Below, piece by piece: positions 29,930 through 38,062 of a stretch of DNA of 43,025 nucleotides. Positions within the stretch are counted from its first letter, which is position 1. Every line of letters starts with the position of its first letter. The stretch spans positions 1-43,025 of the forward strand of contig JAFGLQ010000059.1 in assembly GCA_016928015.1 (NCBI GenBank). The letters run 5' to 3'. Under the pieces are notes generated by a model. The model had not been told where the DNA came from, ran no database searches, and was given only the letters and a program-made list of their open reading frames with translations. The stretch comes from Dehalococcoidaceae bacterium (GTDB taxonomy: Bacteria > Chloroflexota > Dehalococcoidia > Dehalococcoidales > CSSed11-197). A program made the position numbers and the translations under genes.

Positions 29930-30236
29930 TGAAGGGTATAGCCAAGAGCCCTTCGAGACCGGAGAAGGAGGTGGCGTAATGAAGCTTATAGCCAGATTAT
30001 GCCGGAGGAAATTTCCTCGTTTTTGCTCCTTGCTGGTGAAAGGTGAGCTAAGTTAGCACCACCGGTGAGGAGCGGCAGAAGGCTCCCGAGCTCTCCAGAT
30101 AACGGACTCTCTCAATAGCAGCAGGGACTTCTGGTATTTACCAGGTATGGGGGAGTAGGGAGCGAACACAAGAGGCTGTTACAATTCAATAGCTAAACTC
30201 AGAGCTCCGCGGCTGGCCGCGGAGCTCTTTTTCTTT
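29930..30236 (+). ncRNA. Candidate ~300-nt stand-alone transcript (unclassified sRNA, or mRNA for a 25-aa peptide)
   Basis: The unit is bounded by the promoter above and a 12-bp GC-rich terminator with a plus-strand U-tract. It contains several hand-foldable helices and a repeated GAAGnnTATAGCCA motif. The only ORF is 25 aa (29979-30056). Confidence 0.45.
30201..30236 (+). terminator. Rho-independent terminator (plus-strand orientation favoured)
   Basis: agagctccgcgg (30201-30212) / ccgcggagctct (30217-30228), 4-nt loop, then UUUUCUUUU. The minus-strand reading gives only GAGUUU. Confidence 0.8.
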
Positions 30237-30258
30237 TGTCCAGGAGGAAATTTGATTG

Positions 30259-30477
30259 TTATGCCAGAATCAGTATAAGCAGTGCGATGCCCACAAAAAG
30301 CACTGTCAATATGATGGTCAAATTGAAAAGGGTCTTTTCGATACCACGGCGTGTTCGGTAAACAGAATCCGCCTGGCCGAAAATCCCTCCCAGGCCGCCG
30401 CCTCGAACTTGCAGCAGCAGGACGGCAATCAGAGCGACCGAGATAATTATCTGGGCTACCAGTAAATAGGTTTGCAT
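30259..30477 (-). CDS. secG: Preprotein translocase subunit SecG
   Basis: 72 aa. Two TM segments flank the Gly-rich loop GGGLGGIFG. Confidence 0.85.
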   Translation of the reverse strand: MQTYLLVAQIIISVALIAVLLLQVRGGGLGGIFGQADSVYRTRRGIEKTLFNLTIILTVLFVGIALLILILA

Positions 30478-30481
30478 GTTG

Positions 30482-31939
30482 TTAACCTTCCTTAAGTTTC
30501 CGTTCTATGATACCGGCAGCGGCCTCTGGATTGGCCCTGCCCCTGGTAAGACGCATCATTTGTCCAATTAAAAATTTCATTGCCTGATCTTTACCGCTCA
30601 GGTAATCGGCCACTGCAGAAGGGTTGGCCGCAATAACCTGCCGGGCAAAATCATCCAGTTCTCCGGAGCCGCTGATCTGCGTAAGGCCTTTTTCGGCAAC
30701 CAGGCTAACAGCGCTCTTGCCTGTATTGAACATCTCTTCGAGTACTGTTTTGGCAGTGGCCATATTGATGGAGCCTTTCGCCGTCAGTTCCACCAGACCG
30801 GCAAGGGCTTCGGGCGGTATTTTGAAGCTGAAAGATTCAAAATCAATACCACCGGCGTTGATCATGCCTGAAACCGGGCCGGCTATCCAGTTGGCGATTT
30901 CTTTTGCCGGCTGGCACGAGAGCTTTAACGTATCTTCATAATAATCGGCCGCTTCTTTGGTAGCCGTCAGCAAGCAGGCATCATAATCCGACAGGCCGTA
31001 TTGAGCGGTGAAACGCTGACAGCGTTCATCCGGCAGTTCGGGCAGCCTGGCTTTGATATCATCGATCCAACGGCGGCTGACCGACAGGGGAGGCAGATCT
31101 GGCTCCGGAAAATAGCGGTAATCATGAGCGTATTCCTTGCTGCGCTGGCTGACGGTTTCTCCCACATCGTCCAGCCAGCCACGGGTTTCCTGCACCAGCT
31201 TAACGTTATCAGCCAGAGCCTGTCTTTGCCTTTTGGCCTCGAATTCAAGAGCCCTGTATACAGCCTTAAAGCTGTTCATGTTTTTTACTTCGACCTTGGC
31301 CATAAGTTCGCTTGAACCGCACGGCCGGATTGAAATATTGGCATCACAGCGGAAACTGCCCTCTTCCATATTGGCTACCGATACTCCCAGATAGCGCAAG
31401 ATACTCCTGAGCTTAACCAGGTAGTTTCGCGCCTCTGCCGGAGAACGCATGTCCGGCTCGCTGACGATTTCCATAAGCGGCACACCGCTGCGGTTGGCAT
31501 CTACCAGGCTGAAACCGCTGGCGCCGGTACCGCGGTGAAGCAGTTTGCACACGTCCTCTTCCAGGTGTACCCGGGTTATACCCAGGCGCCGGCTCTCTCC
31601 ATCGGTCTCCACATCCATCCAGCCTCCAAGACCGAGAGGCTGGTCGTACTGGCTTATCTGGTAGCCCTTGACAAGGTCGGGGTAGGGGTAGTTTTTCCGG
31701 TCGAATTTGGTATGTTCCGGGATGCGGCAGTTCAAAGACAGCGCGGTGAGAATTGTGTTTTCCACTGCCTGGCGGTTTATCACCGGCAGGACACCCGGCA
31801 AGCCCAGGCAAACCGGGCAAACCCGAGTATTGGGTTCCGCACTGGCATAATCCGACCCGCAGCGGCAGAACATTTTAGAGCGGGTAGTTAACTGTGCGTG
31901 GACCTCAAGGCCAATAACGGTCTCAAAATTGTCGTTCAT
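30482..31939 (-). CDS. gatB: Asp/Glu-tRNA amidotransferase subunit B
   Basis: 485 aa. [31 protein letters not shown], and a C-terminal GatB/YqeY domain. Confidence 0.96.
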   Translation of the reverse strand: MNDNFETVIGLEVHAQLTTRSKMFCRCGSDYASAEPNTRVCPVCLGLPGVLPVINRQAVENTILTALSLNCRIPEHTKFDRKNYPYPDLVKGYQISQYDQPLGLGGWMDVETDGESRRLGITRVHLEEDVCKLLHRGTGASGFSLVDANRSGVPLMEIVSEPDMRSPAEARNYLVKLRSILRYLGVSVANMEEGSFRCDANISIRPCGSSELMAKVEVKNMNSFKAVYRALEFEAKRQRQALADNVKLVQETRGWLDDVGETVSQRSKEYAHDYRYFPEPDLPPLSVSRRWIDDIKARLPELPDERCQRFTAQYGLSDYDACLLTATKEAADYYEDTLKLSCQPAKEIANWIAGPVSGMINAGGIDFESFSFKIPPEALAGLVELTAKGSINMATAKTVLEEMFNTGKSAVSLVAEKGLTQISGSGELDDFARQVIAANPSAVADYLSGKDQAMKFLIGQMMRLTRGRANPEAAAGIIERKLKEG

Positions 31940-32010
31940 TTTAACCTGATTAGTATAACAACATTGTTTTTAGCTTACAAGGCTGAGGGTTTTCCTGTTG
32001 TCCTGAATTC

Positions 32011-32040
32011 TTGACAACGCAGCCGGCTGACCGGTAAACT
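32011..32040 (+). promoter_or_regulatory. Candidate promoter of the riboswitch-tupABC unit
   Basis: TTGACA (32011-32016), 18-nt spacer, TAAACT (32035-32040). Confidence 0.5.
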
Positions 32041-32060
32041 GACGATAACAATTGAATATT

Positions 32061-32164
32061 GGTTCTCCGAGCCAAACCTCCTAAAGGTATAGTGCCTATG
32101 GAGGCTGGCCCGCAGGGTGTCACCGGAAACAGTGCCGCCTCCCGTATTCGGAAAGGAGAAAACC
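32061..32164 (+). promoter_or_regulatory. Molybdenum/tungsten cofactor (Moco RNA motif) riboswitch aptamer
   Basis: CUCCGAGCC ... CCUCC/GGAGG hairpin ... CACCG-GAAA-CAGUG hairpin ... GCCGCCUCCC ... GGAAAGGAGAA matches my recollection of the Moco motif. P1 pairs ttctcc (32063-68) with ggagaa (32155-60). It lies upstream of a tungstate transporter. Confidence 0.7.
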
Positions 32165-32187
32165 ATGCCTCAGGCTTTGCCTTTGAG

Positions 32188-32219
32188 AGCGCCTCCTTTT
32201 CGGGGCGCTTAATTTTTTT
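32188..32219 (+). terminator. Riboswitch expression-platform terminator
   Basis: agcgcctc (32188-95) / ggggcgct (32202-09), then UAAUUUUUUU. The left arm CUCCUUU (32193-99) is complementary to AAAGGAG (32152-58) of the aptamer 3' end, giving an antiterminator alternative. Confidence 0.75.
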
Positions 32220-32268
32220 AAGCAAGACCCGGAAAGAGGTAACCCATATTTGTATAGGAGATTTTAAC

Positions 32269-33138
32269 GTGAAGAACATAAAGTATTTGTTATTGAGTGG
32301 TGCCCTGATCGTAATCCTGGTAGCTGGCATCGGCGGCTGCGATTCAGGTTCATCCATAATCCAGGCTCAGGACAGGTTGCGCATTGCTACTACCACCAGT
32401 TTATACGACACCGGTTTGTGGAATGCTCTTGAAGACCGTTTCGAGCAGGAGCACGGAATCAGGCTGGATATACTCTATGCCGGTACCGGCATAGCTCTCG
32501 AATACGGCCGGCGGGGAGATGTCGATGCGGTAGCGGTTCATGCCAAAGCGACCGAGGAGCAGTTCATCGCCGAAGGCTATGGTATTGAAAGGGTACCTTT
32601 CGCCTATAACTATTTTATAATTGTCGGGCCGGAAAGCGACCCTGCCGGCATAACGGGCTTGAGCCCGGAAGATGCTTTCAAGAAACTGCACGATTCACAG
32701 ATTGCTTTTATTTCAAGAGGCGATGCTTCCGGGACGCACACCAAGGAGAAAGCCATCTGGAAATCAGCCGGGTTCGATTATGACACGGTGGCAACTTCCG
32801 GCAGCTGGTATGTCGAAGCCGGCAAGGGTATGGGCCCCACTCTGCAAATGGCTGCCGAGATGGAAGCTTACACCCTGGCCGACATCGGCACCTTTCTGGC
32901 TTACAAGGCCGAAACCGGCCTGGTGCCGCTGGTGGAAGAAGGCTCGATTCTGCTCAACGTCTATTCGATAATTGTGATCGACCCCGCTGCCGTGGAAGGA
33001 GCCAAAGCTGAAAAAGCCCAGCTCCTGGTGGATTTCCTGGTTTCGGATGAAATCCAGGATTTTATCGGCGATTATGGCATGGCTGATTACGGTGAGCCGC
33101 TGTTCAATCCATGTGCCGGTAACGAGCCGGCAAGTTAG
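32269..33138 (+). CDS. tupA: Tungstate ABC transporter substrate-binding lipoprotein (TupA-like)
   Basis: 289 aa from GTG 32269, with a TAGGAG SD. Lipobox LVAGIGGC. LRIATTTSLYDTGL (TTTS motif typical of TupA). The track ORF start at 32059 runs through the riboswitch and terminator, so it is rejected. Confidence 0.85.
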   Translation: MKNIKYLLLSGALIVILVAGIGGCDSGSSIIQAQDRLRIATTTSLYDTGLWNALEDRFEQEHGIRLDILYAGTGIALEYGRRGDVDAVAVHAKATEEQFIAEGYGIERVPFAYNYFIIVGPESDPAGITGLSPEDAFKKLHDSQIAFISRGDASGTHTKEKAIWKSAGFDYDTVATSGSWYVEAGKGMGPTLQMAAEMEAYTLADIGTFLAYKAETGLVPLVEEGSILLNVYSIIVIDPAAVEGAKAEKAQLLVDFLVSDEIQDFIGDYGMADYGEPLFNPCAGNEPAS

Positions 33139-33155
33139 GCAATAATTGAATCAGT

Positions 33156-33860
33156 ATGAATGAACTTTGGCAGGGCATACTCAGGGCGCTTGAACTTCTA
33201 GTCAATTTCGACCCGGAAGTAATGGCTGTTACCTTCCGTTCACTGGGTATTTCCAGCACGGCGTGTGTGATCGCTACCCTGGTATGCCTGCCACTGGGCA
33301 GCCTGATTCACTTTACCAGCTTTAAAGGCAAACGCCTGCTGGTAAGTATTATTCAGACATTTTACAGTTTGCCTACCGTCCTGGTCGGGCTTCTGGTGTT
33401 TATACTGTTTTCCCGGGCGGGGCCTTTAGGTGAACTGGGGCTCATGTTTACCCCGATCCTGATGGTAATCGGTCAGGCGCTGCTGGTAATACCGCTCATG
33501 CTGGGGCTGATAATATCGGCCTTGTCCAGCCTGGACAAGACGGTTGCCGATACCGCGTTTTCGCTCGGCGCCAGCCGCTTCCAGGCTGGAATTCTGGCTT
33601 TGAAAGAAGCCCGCTATGCGGTGATAACCTCCGTAATCATGGGTTTTGGGCGGGCGATATCTGAAGTTGGCCTGGCGATGATGGTCGGCGGCAATATCCG
33701 CGGTTTTACCCGCACCCTCACCACAGCTATTTCACTGGAAACATCCAAGGGTGACATAGAACTTTCGCTGGCGCTTGGATTCATTCTGCTGATAATTTCG
33801 CTGGTAATAAATATCGCGCTCAGCCGGTTGCAACAGGTGAGAACCAGTGCTGCACATTGA
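33156..33860 (+). CDS. tupB: Tungstate ABC transporter permease (TupB-like)
   Basis: 234 aa. Polytopic, with an EAA-like loop LGASRFQAGILALKEARYAV. Confidence 0.85.
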   Translation: MNELWQGILRALELLVNFDPEVMAVTFRSLGISSTACVIATLVCLPLGSLIHFTSFKGKRLLVSIIQTFYSLPTVLVGLLVFILFSRAGPLGELGLMFTPILMVIGQALLVIPLMLGLIISALSSLDKTVADTAFSLGASRFQAGILALKEARYAVITSVIMGFGRAISEVGLAMMVGGNIRGFTRTLTTAISLETSKGDIELSLALGFILLIISLVINIALSRLQQVRTSAAH

Positions 33861-34599
33861 AGCCCATAACCTGGTCCGGCGGGCGGGCATGATACCACTG
33901 CTCAAGGGCATAAGCCTGCAGGTCGAAAGCGGGGATTCGTTCATGCTTATAGGCCCTACCGGCGCCGGAAAAACAACCCTGCTACGCATCCTCGGTTTAC
34001 TGGACAGGCCGGTATCGGGTAACTTGAATATTCTGGGGGTAGACGTAACCGGTTCGCCGGACCGGCACCTTGAAATCCGGCGGCGCATGGCCTTTGTTCA
34101 GCAAAAACCGGTGGCTTTCTCCTGCAGCGTCTTCGAAAATGTTGCCTATCCCCTTCGCTGGCGCAAAGTCTCCAAAAATGAAATTAAATCACGGGTGCTT
34201 GAATCCCTTGGTCAGGTAGATATGCAGGATTTTGCTGGCCGCAACGCCAGAACCCTTTCCGGCGGAGAAACCCAGCGGATAGCTATTGCTCGTGCCCTGG
34301 TAACCCGGCCCGAAATCCTGCTCCTGGACGAACCTACAGCCAACCTGGATCCTAATTCAGCCGGCAAGATAGAAGACGTGCTTGTCCGGGTTGCCAGGGA
34401 ACATCAAACTACCCTGGTGATGACCACACATGACCTGGCACAGGCCAGGCGCCTGGCCGGGACGGTGGGTGTAATCATGAGCGGCGAGCTGGTGGAATGC
34501 GGCCCTCCGCAACAGGTATTCAATCCGCCACAAGGCTCTCCGATCGCCCGCTTTATCGGTTTCAAGCTGGCTGAGCAGGATTTCAACCGCATGATCTAG
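33847..34599 (+). CDS. tupC: Tungstate ABC transporter ATP-binding protein (TupC-like)
   Basis: 250 aa. Walker A GPTGAGKTT, signature LSGGETQR, Walker B LLLDEP. The GTG start overlaps tupB by 14 nt. Confidence 0.88.
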   Translation: MLHIEAHNLVRRAGMIPLLKGISLQVESGDSFMLIGPTGAGKTTLLRILGLLDRPVSGNLNILGVDVTGSPDRHLEIRRRMAFVQQKPVAFSCSVFENVAYPLRWRKVSKNEIKSRVLESLGQVDMQDFAGRNARTLSGGETQRIAIARALVTRPEILLLDEPTANLDPNSAGKIEDVLVRVAREHQTTLVMTTHDLAQARRLAGTVGVIMSGELVECGPPQQVFNPPQGSPIARFIGFKLAEQDFNRMI

Positions 34600-34620
34600 A
34601 TTTATTGCCTGGTGGGCTTG

Positions 34621-34629
34621 TGATATAAT
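34621..34629 (+). promoter_or_regulatory. Extended -10 promoter element for tRNA-Ala
   Basis: TGATATAAT ends 11 nt upstream of the tRNA 5' end. Confidence 0.5.
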
Positions 34630-34640
34630 TATCGCTGGAT

Positions 34641-34716
34641 GGGGATATAGCTCAATTGGGAGAGCGCGGCGTTCGCATCGCCGAGGTCGGGGGTTCGAAT
34701 CCCCCTATCTCCACCA
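34641..34716 (+). tRNA. tRNA-Ala (anticodon CGC), CCA encoded
   Basis: Hand-folded cloverleaf. Acceptor GGGGATA/TATCTCC with a G3:U70 pair. D arm GCTC-AATTGGGA-GAGC. Anticodon stem cggcg/cgccg with loop TTCGCAT. T arm GGGGG-TTCGAAT-CCCCC. Ends in ACCA. Confidence 0.93.
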
Positions 34717-34836
34717 AGGGTATCTTTGTCTATAACAATACCCTCGATGAAAGATCTAAGGAACAAAGTGTGTTAGCTTCCGAAGTGCTTTATCCATTGG
34801 GAGCATTACACGGGGTTGAACCTTTTATTTAATCTG

Positions 34837-34875
34837 GGAAGTCAGCCTTGAATCTAAGATTCAAGGCTGACTTCC
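34837..34875. terminator. Long perfect hairpin between tRNA-Ala and the convergent coiled-coil gene
   Basis: 18-bp stem ggaagtcagccttgaatc / gattcaaggctgacttcc with a 3-nt loop. U-tracts are weak in both orientations. Confidence 0.5.
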
Positions 34876-34901
34876 ATTTAAGTTAGCAAGCTCCGCCTCA
34901 T

Positions 34902-35543
34902 TTAGACTGTGTTGGTGTCTTTGAATTCGGCAATGGCCTTTTTATACCCTTCTCTCAAGTCAGCAATCGCCCGGTTAACTTTGTTTTTATAATCGTTCCA
35001 GGTGGACTGTTGAGAGTTTTTCAGGCTTTGCAGGGCCTGCTTTGCCTCCTTAGCTTTTTGGCGGAGTTCCGTTGCACGGCTGCTAATCCGTGCTCGTAAT
35101 CTGGAGTCAGCCAACTCATCCATTTCCTCCAGTTCGCATATCCGCGTTTCGAGTCGTTTAAGTTGCGTTTCAAGTCCAGTCTGCATATGTTTCTGCAGCT
35201 TGGCAAGGTCCGATCGTAGAGCCGCCTGCTTTACTTCCAATTCCGCTTTTGCTTGACCTTCAGCCTCGGCGATATCGGCATCCAGATGCCCCAAGGCATC
35301 AATTAGTTTTTCATTGTGCTCATCCAATGTATTGATGAGCCTGTCGAACGCAGTGTCATATTTGGTCTGCATTTCAGCAACTTTATTCTGAACGCTGGTT
35401 TTAACCTCCTCTTTCACTGAGGCAATTTCCGCCTGGCGCGCTTTTTCTTCCGCGGCTTCTTCGGCTTCGATCTCATCCAGTGCCTTTGCCCAATAGCGGA
35501 GTACAACCTCTAGCTCGGCTTCCATTTTAGTATAAGTGTCCAT
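34902..35543 (-). CDS. Coiled-coil protein of unknown function
   Basis: 213 aa from ATG 35543, with a GAGGAG SD 7 nt upstream. Heptad-rich and charged (AEL..., LETQLKRLETRICELEE). It starts 33 nt downstream of the HdeD-like gene. Confidence 0.75.
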   Translation of the reverse strand: MDTYTKMEAELEVVLRYWAKALDEIEAEEAAEEKARQAEIASVKEEVKTSVQNKVAEMQTKYDTAFDRLINTLDEHNEKLIDALGHLDADIAEAEGQAKAELEVKQAALRSDLAKLQKHMQTGLETQLKRLETRICELEEMDELADSRLRARISSRATELRQKAKEAKQALQSLKNSQQSTWNDYKNKVNRAIADLREGYKKAIAEFKDTNTV

Positions 35544-35576
35544 ATTCGTTCTCCTCATTCCTTACCCTACATAAGC

Positions 35577-36125
35577 TTAAATCGTTGACTTGGAGGCTAG
35601 ACTCTTCACCCGGAAAGACAAAACAATCTGCAGAACTCCAAGCGCTATTGCGTACGATCCGATCAACCACATCACGCTCAATGCTCCAGCACCGGGGAAA
35701 AGCACCAGCAACACCCCTACGAGGATCGACAGAAGCCCACCAGCAATCATCAGCCATTCATTTTTAATGAGTTTCCTCATCTTGATCGCCGCTGCGACTT
35801 CAAAACTACCGGTGACCACCGCCCAGGCGGCGATTAGGTACAACAGAGCCAAAGCGGTCACGCCAGGCCAGAAAAAGGTCATTAATCCGATGATAATCCC
35901 AGCCACGCCGGCGAGCAGAATAGCCCACCAGTTCTCGTTTTTCTTATGTACGATGATAGCCGTGGTTATCGAGAATACCCCCTGCACGAAAGCGAGCGCT
36001 CCGAAAAGCACCACCAGGCTGAATACCGTCAGTGCAGGCCAGACAAGCGCCAGAACCCCAAAGATGATTGCGGCGATACCCCGTAACGCCAGGAGCCACC
36101 AGTTGCGAGATAATGAACTTAGCAT
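35577..36125 (-). CDS. HdeD-like (DUF308) six-TM membrane protein
   Basis: 182 aa. MLSSLSRNWWLLALRGIAAIIFGVLALVWP and repeated W..GI..I..G segments typical of HdeD/DUF308. AAGGAGG SD. Confidence 0.8.
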   Translation of the reverse strand: MLSSLSRNWWLLALRGIAAIIFGVLALVWPALTVFSLVVLFGALAFVQGVFSITTAIIVHKKNENWWAILLAGVAGIIIGLMTFFWPGVTALALLYLIAAWAVVTGSFEVAAAIKMRKLIKNEWLMIAGGLLSILVGVLLVLFPGAGALSVMWLIGSYAIALGVLQIVLSFRVKSLASKSTI

Positions 36126-36180
36126 TTGTTTCCTCCTTGTTGTTTTAGCCTAATCATAGACTCGCTTTGCATTAAAAGCT

Positions 36181-36217
36181 TTGACAAGCATCAAGGTGCA
36201 ATCTTGATTTACATCAA
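36181..36217. promoter_or_regulatory. Two FNR/CRP-type boxes in a divergent promoter region
   Basis: TTGAC-AAGC-ATCAA (36181-36194) and TTGAT-TTAC-ATCAA (36204-36217, a perfect FNR consensus). Each is centred 41.5 bp from a position preceded by a -10-like hexamer: TATGAT on the minus strand at 36158-36153, and TAGCAT on the plus strand at 36240-36245. Confidence 0.7.
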
Positions 36218-36252
36218 GGTGTCCTCTGGCCAAATGGGATAGCATTACACAT

Positions 36253-36630
36253 ATGATTCAGTTGATTGAAAAAGGCGTCTACCATCTCAAGGAAATGGGA
36301 GACGCATCGAAACTTCTAACACTCGACATTTATAACGGAAAAAGTGACTACGTTTGGGAAAGGGATAAGGATATTAGAATCCGGTCTGCCGGTCAACATG
36401 GGGGCAGGGTTTTCTGTACTCTCGCCGCAGGAAAATACAGGCTGTATCAGGTTAAAGACGAACCTGGCTTAGCTAGTCAACTGCATCTGGAACTGCTGGT
36501 GGGCGAAGGCATTTGGCAGGGATTTCTATTGCCGGAAGGATTACCGGGAGATCTTGAAGCAAAACCGATGATCCCAGTCGAAGAAACCATCACAAGGAAC
36601 TTTGTGAGCGTTCTTCTTCCAACTTATTGA
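36253..36630 (+). CDS. Hypothetical 125-aa protein (possibly leaderless mRNA)
   Basis: ORF with no SD. The ATG sits 1 nt from the TSS predicted from box 2 geometry. No recognisable family. Its 3' end overlaps the convergent Crp/Fnr gene by 41 nt. Confidence 0.5.
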   Translation: MIQLIEKGVYHLKEMGDASKLLTLDIYNGKSDYVWERDKDIRIRSAGQHGGRVFCTLAAGKYRLYQVKDEPGLASQLHLELLVGEGIWQGFLLPEGLPGDLEAKPMIPVEETITRNFVSVLLPTY

Positions 36631-37249
36631 TATCGTTGATAGTCAATATATTTTTGTTGAATTGGATTAAGCCCGTTTCTTTAAGCAGTTTCAACTCTCG
36701 GCTTATTGTCTCAGGTGTGGTTCCTATCGTCGATGCGAGTTTCGTTTCAAGAATTTTAAAATCGAAGGTGACCGAATTCGCACTTGTTTTCTTGCCGAAC
36801 CATTTCGCGCCTGCGAGAAGTACGGTGGCTAATTTTGCGTGGACGTTGCCTTGCGTCAGGTAAATCGTTCGGGAGAGCAATTCATCGATATGGCTGATTT
36901 CCATCCGCAGCAGCTCAAGAATGACCCGGGATTCATTCTCAATAAAATTTAAGAATTCATCTTTGGGAGCTCGATATAGGCAGGAAGCCACTAATGCTTC
37001 ATAGAAGAATATGTTGGGGGAGTCATTGATTGCCCACGCCAGAGGAAATATCGCGATCGGTTCATAAAAGGCGACGATGAATTCATCACCCTTTTCCGAG
37101 ATGACGTATTGATCAACAACTCCTTCATGCAGATAGTAAACTCCGGAAGGATCATCCTCGGCCCTTACCAGAAGTTCTCCCTTGTTGTACTGCAGGTGCC
37201 GGTGCTGAGAAAAAAAAGCCTTGAGTTTATCGGCAGCATTAATATCCAC
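36590..37249 (-). CDS. Crp/Fnr family transcriptional regulator (no FNR-type Cys cluster)
   Basis: 219 aa. N-terminal cNMP-binding-like beta-barrel (GELLVRAEDDPSGVYYLHEGVV). C-terminal HTH KLASTIGTTPETISRELKLLKETGLI with the E--SR recognition motif. GTG start. Confidence 0.85.
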   Translation of the reverse strand: MDINAADKLKAFFSQHRHLQYNKGELLVRAEDDPSGVYYLHEGVVDQYVISEKGDEFIVAFYEPIAIFPLAWAINDSPNIFFYEALVASCLYRAPKDEFLNFIENESRVILELLRMEISHIDELLSRTIYLTQGNVHAKLATVLLAGAKWFGKKTSANSVTFDFKILETKLASTIGTTPETISRELKLLKETGLIQFNKNILTINDINKLEEERSQSSL

Positions 37250-37415
37250 AAACAGATATTACACCCTGAGACCGAAGTTTTACAAAATATGACGTCCTGC
37301 AAAGGAGGAGCCTCTTCCCGATATGGCTGCTGTTAATAGCTCCATAAGGTGATTGTCTTCCAAAGTCGCTATAAAAACCTCCAGGTTTATAACGAGCAAC
37401 AAATATACAACTCAA

Positions 37416-37844
37416 TCAGACATCAATGGATGTTTGCTTGTCACTAAAACCCTCTTTATTGATGAACTCAATAACCCTCGATTTGATATTGTCTCTGATT
37501 ATTCTAACCGTTTCAATGGGCTTGTTACGAGGATCTTCGAGAGGCCAATCTTGCGTTTCAATATATCTGGCAGGGCAAGCTGCATCTACCTCCGCTCCGC
37601 AACCCATAGATATAACTTTGTAAGCTCTTGCAACCATTTCGGGGGTAAGGATTTTAGGCCTGTTTTGGCTAATATCAATGCCGTCTTCCTGCATAGCTTG
37701 AACTACCACCGGATTGATACTTTCACCGGGTTGAGTCCCTGCAGATTCAGCTTGAGCATGACTTTTAGCGAACCAATTGAAATAAGCTTCTGCCATCTGG
37801 CTGCGTCCGGAATTGTGTACGCAGATGAATAATATCGTCTTCAT
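37416..37844 (-). CDS. arsC: Arsenate reductase, LMW-PTPase/thioredoxin-coupled type
   Basis: 142 aa. ILFICVHNSGRSQMAE (CX5R P-loop) plus downstream Cys pair GCGAEVDAACP. Confidence 0.85.
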   Translation of the reverse strand: MKTILFICVHNSGRSQMAEAYFNWFAKSHAQAESAGTQPGESINPVVVQAMQEDGIDISQNRPKILTPEMVARAYKVISMGCGAEVDAACPARYIETQDWPLEDPRNKPIETVRIIRDNIKSRVIEFINKEGFSDKQTSIDV

Positions 37845-38062
37845 GACTCATGATTTGCTCGATCAACCAGGCTGCATATACAAGCCCGGCTATCGAACAG
37901 CTCCTCCTTTATTTATATTTTATATCATATTTTACCGTGCGGTTCTTCCTTTGGGTTCAGCCGTTGCCAGAGGCAGGACAGTAACCCCATAAAGTCATAT
38001 TGATGAGCTTTGCAGTTATTTAGCCAATGGCAGGCCAGCCCAAAAAGCCCAGCATAGAACAT

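Noticed and set aside
29979-30056. 25-aa ORF as a type I toxin
   Set aside because: The peptide is basic but lacks a transmembrane-length hydrophobic stretch. No obvious antisense promoter or complementary sRNA is visible. I kept it only as an alternative reading of the orphan transcript.
29788-30100. Lysine (L-box) or glycine riboswitch upstream of lysC on the minus strand
   Set aside because: Minus-strand CUGGAGAG and GCAAGGAGCAA strings superficially recall glycine-riboswitch cores. However, the spacing and remaining conserved elements do not fit. The L-box signatures (AGAGGCGC, GUCGCCGAAG, ACUGUCA) are absent.
30004-30180. Scattered resemblance to RNase P RNA conserved regions in correct order (GAGGAAAuuUCC, GGUGAAAGGUG, UAAG..GCACC, AGAUAAcGGACU, ACAAGAGGCUGUUA)
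   Set aside because: The near-universal GGAAAGUCCGG and ACAGAACCCGGCUUA elements are not matched. The candidate P4 pairing has two mismatches. The span (~180 nt) is far shorter than any bacterial RNase P core. I treat this as coincidence unless a covariance model says otherwise.
32059-32268. 70-codon N-terminal extension of tupA in the track ORF, and the antisense 135-aa ORF 31950-32357
   Set aside because: The extension reads through the riboswitch aptamer and its intrinsic terminator. A GTG with an SD at 32269 starts a proper lipoprotein signal peptide. The antisense ORF lies in a regulatory RNA region.
37896-37915. Strong SD-like AAAGGAGGAG on the minus strand ~55 nt upstream of arsC, with no usable start codon
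   Set aside because: The only downstream ATG in range gives a 4-codon frame. A stop lies 2 codons upstream of the arsC ATG in the arsC frame. This is most likely just part of the arsC 5' UTR.
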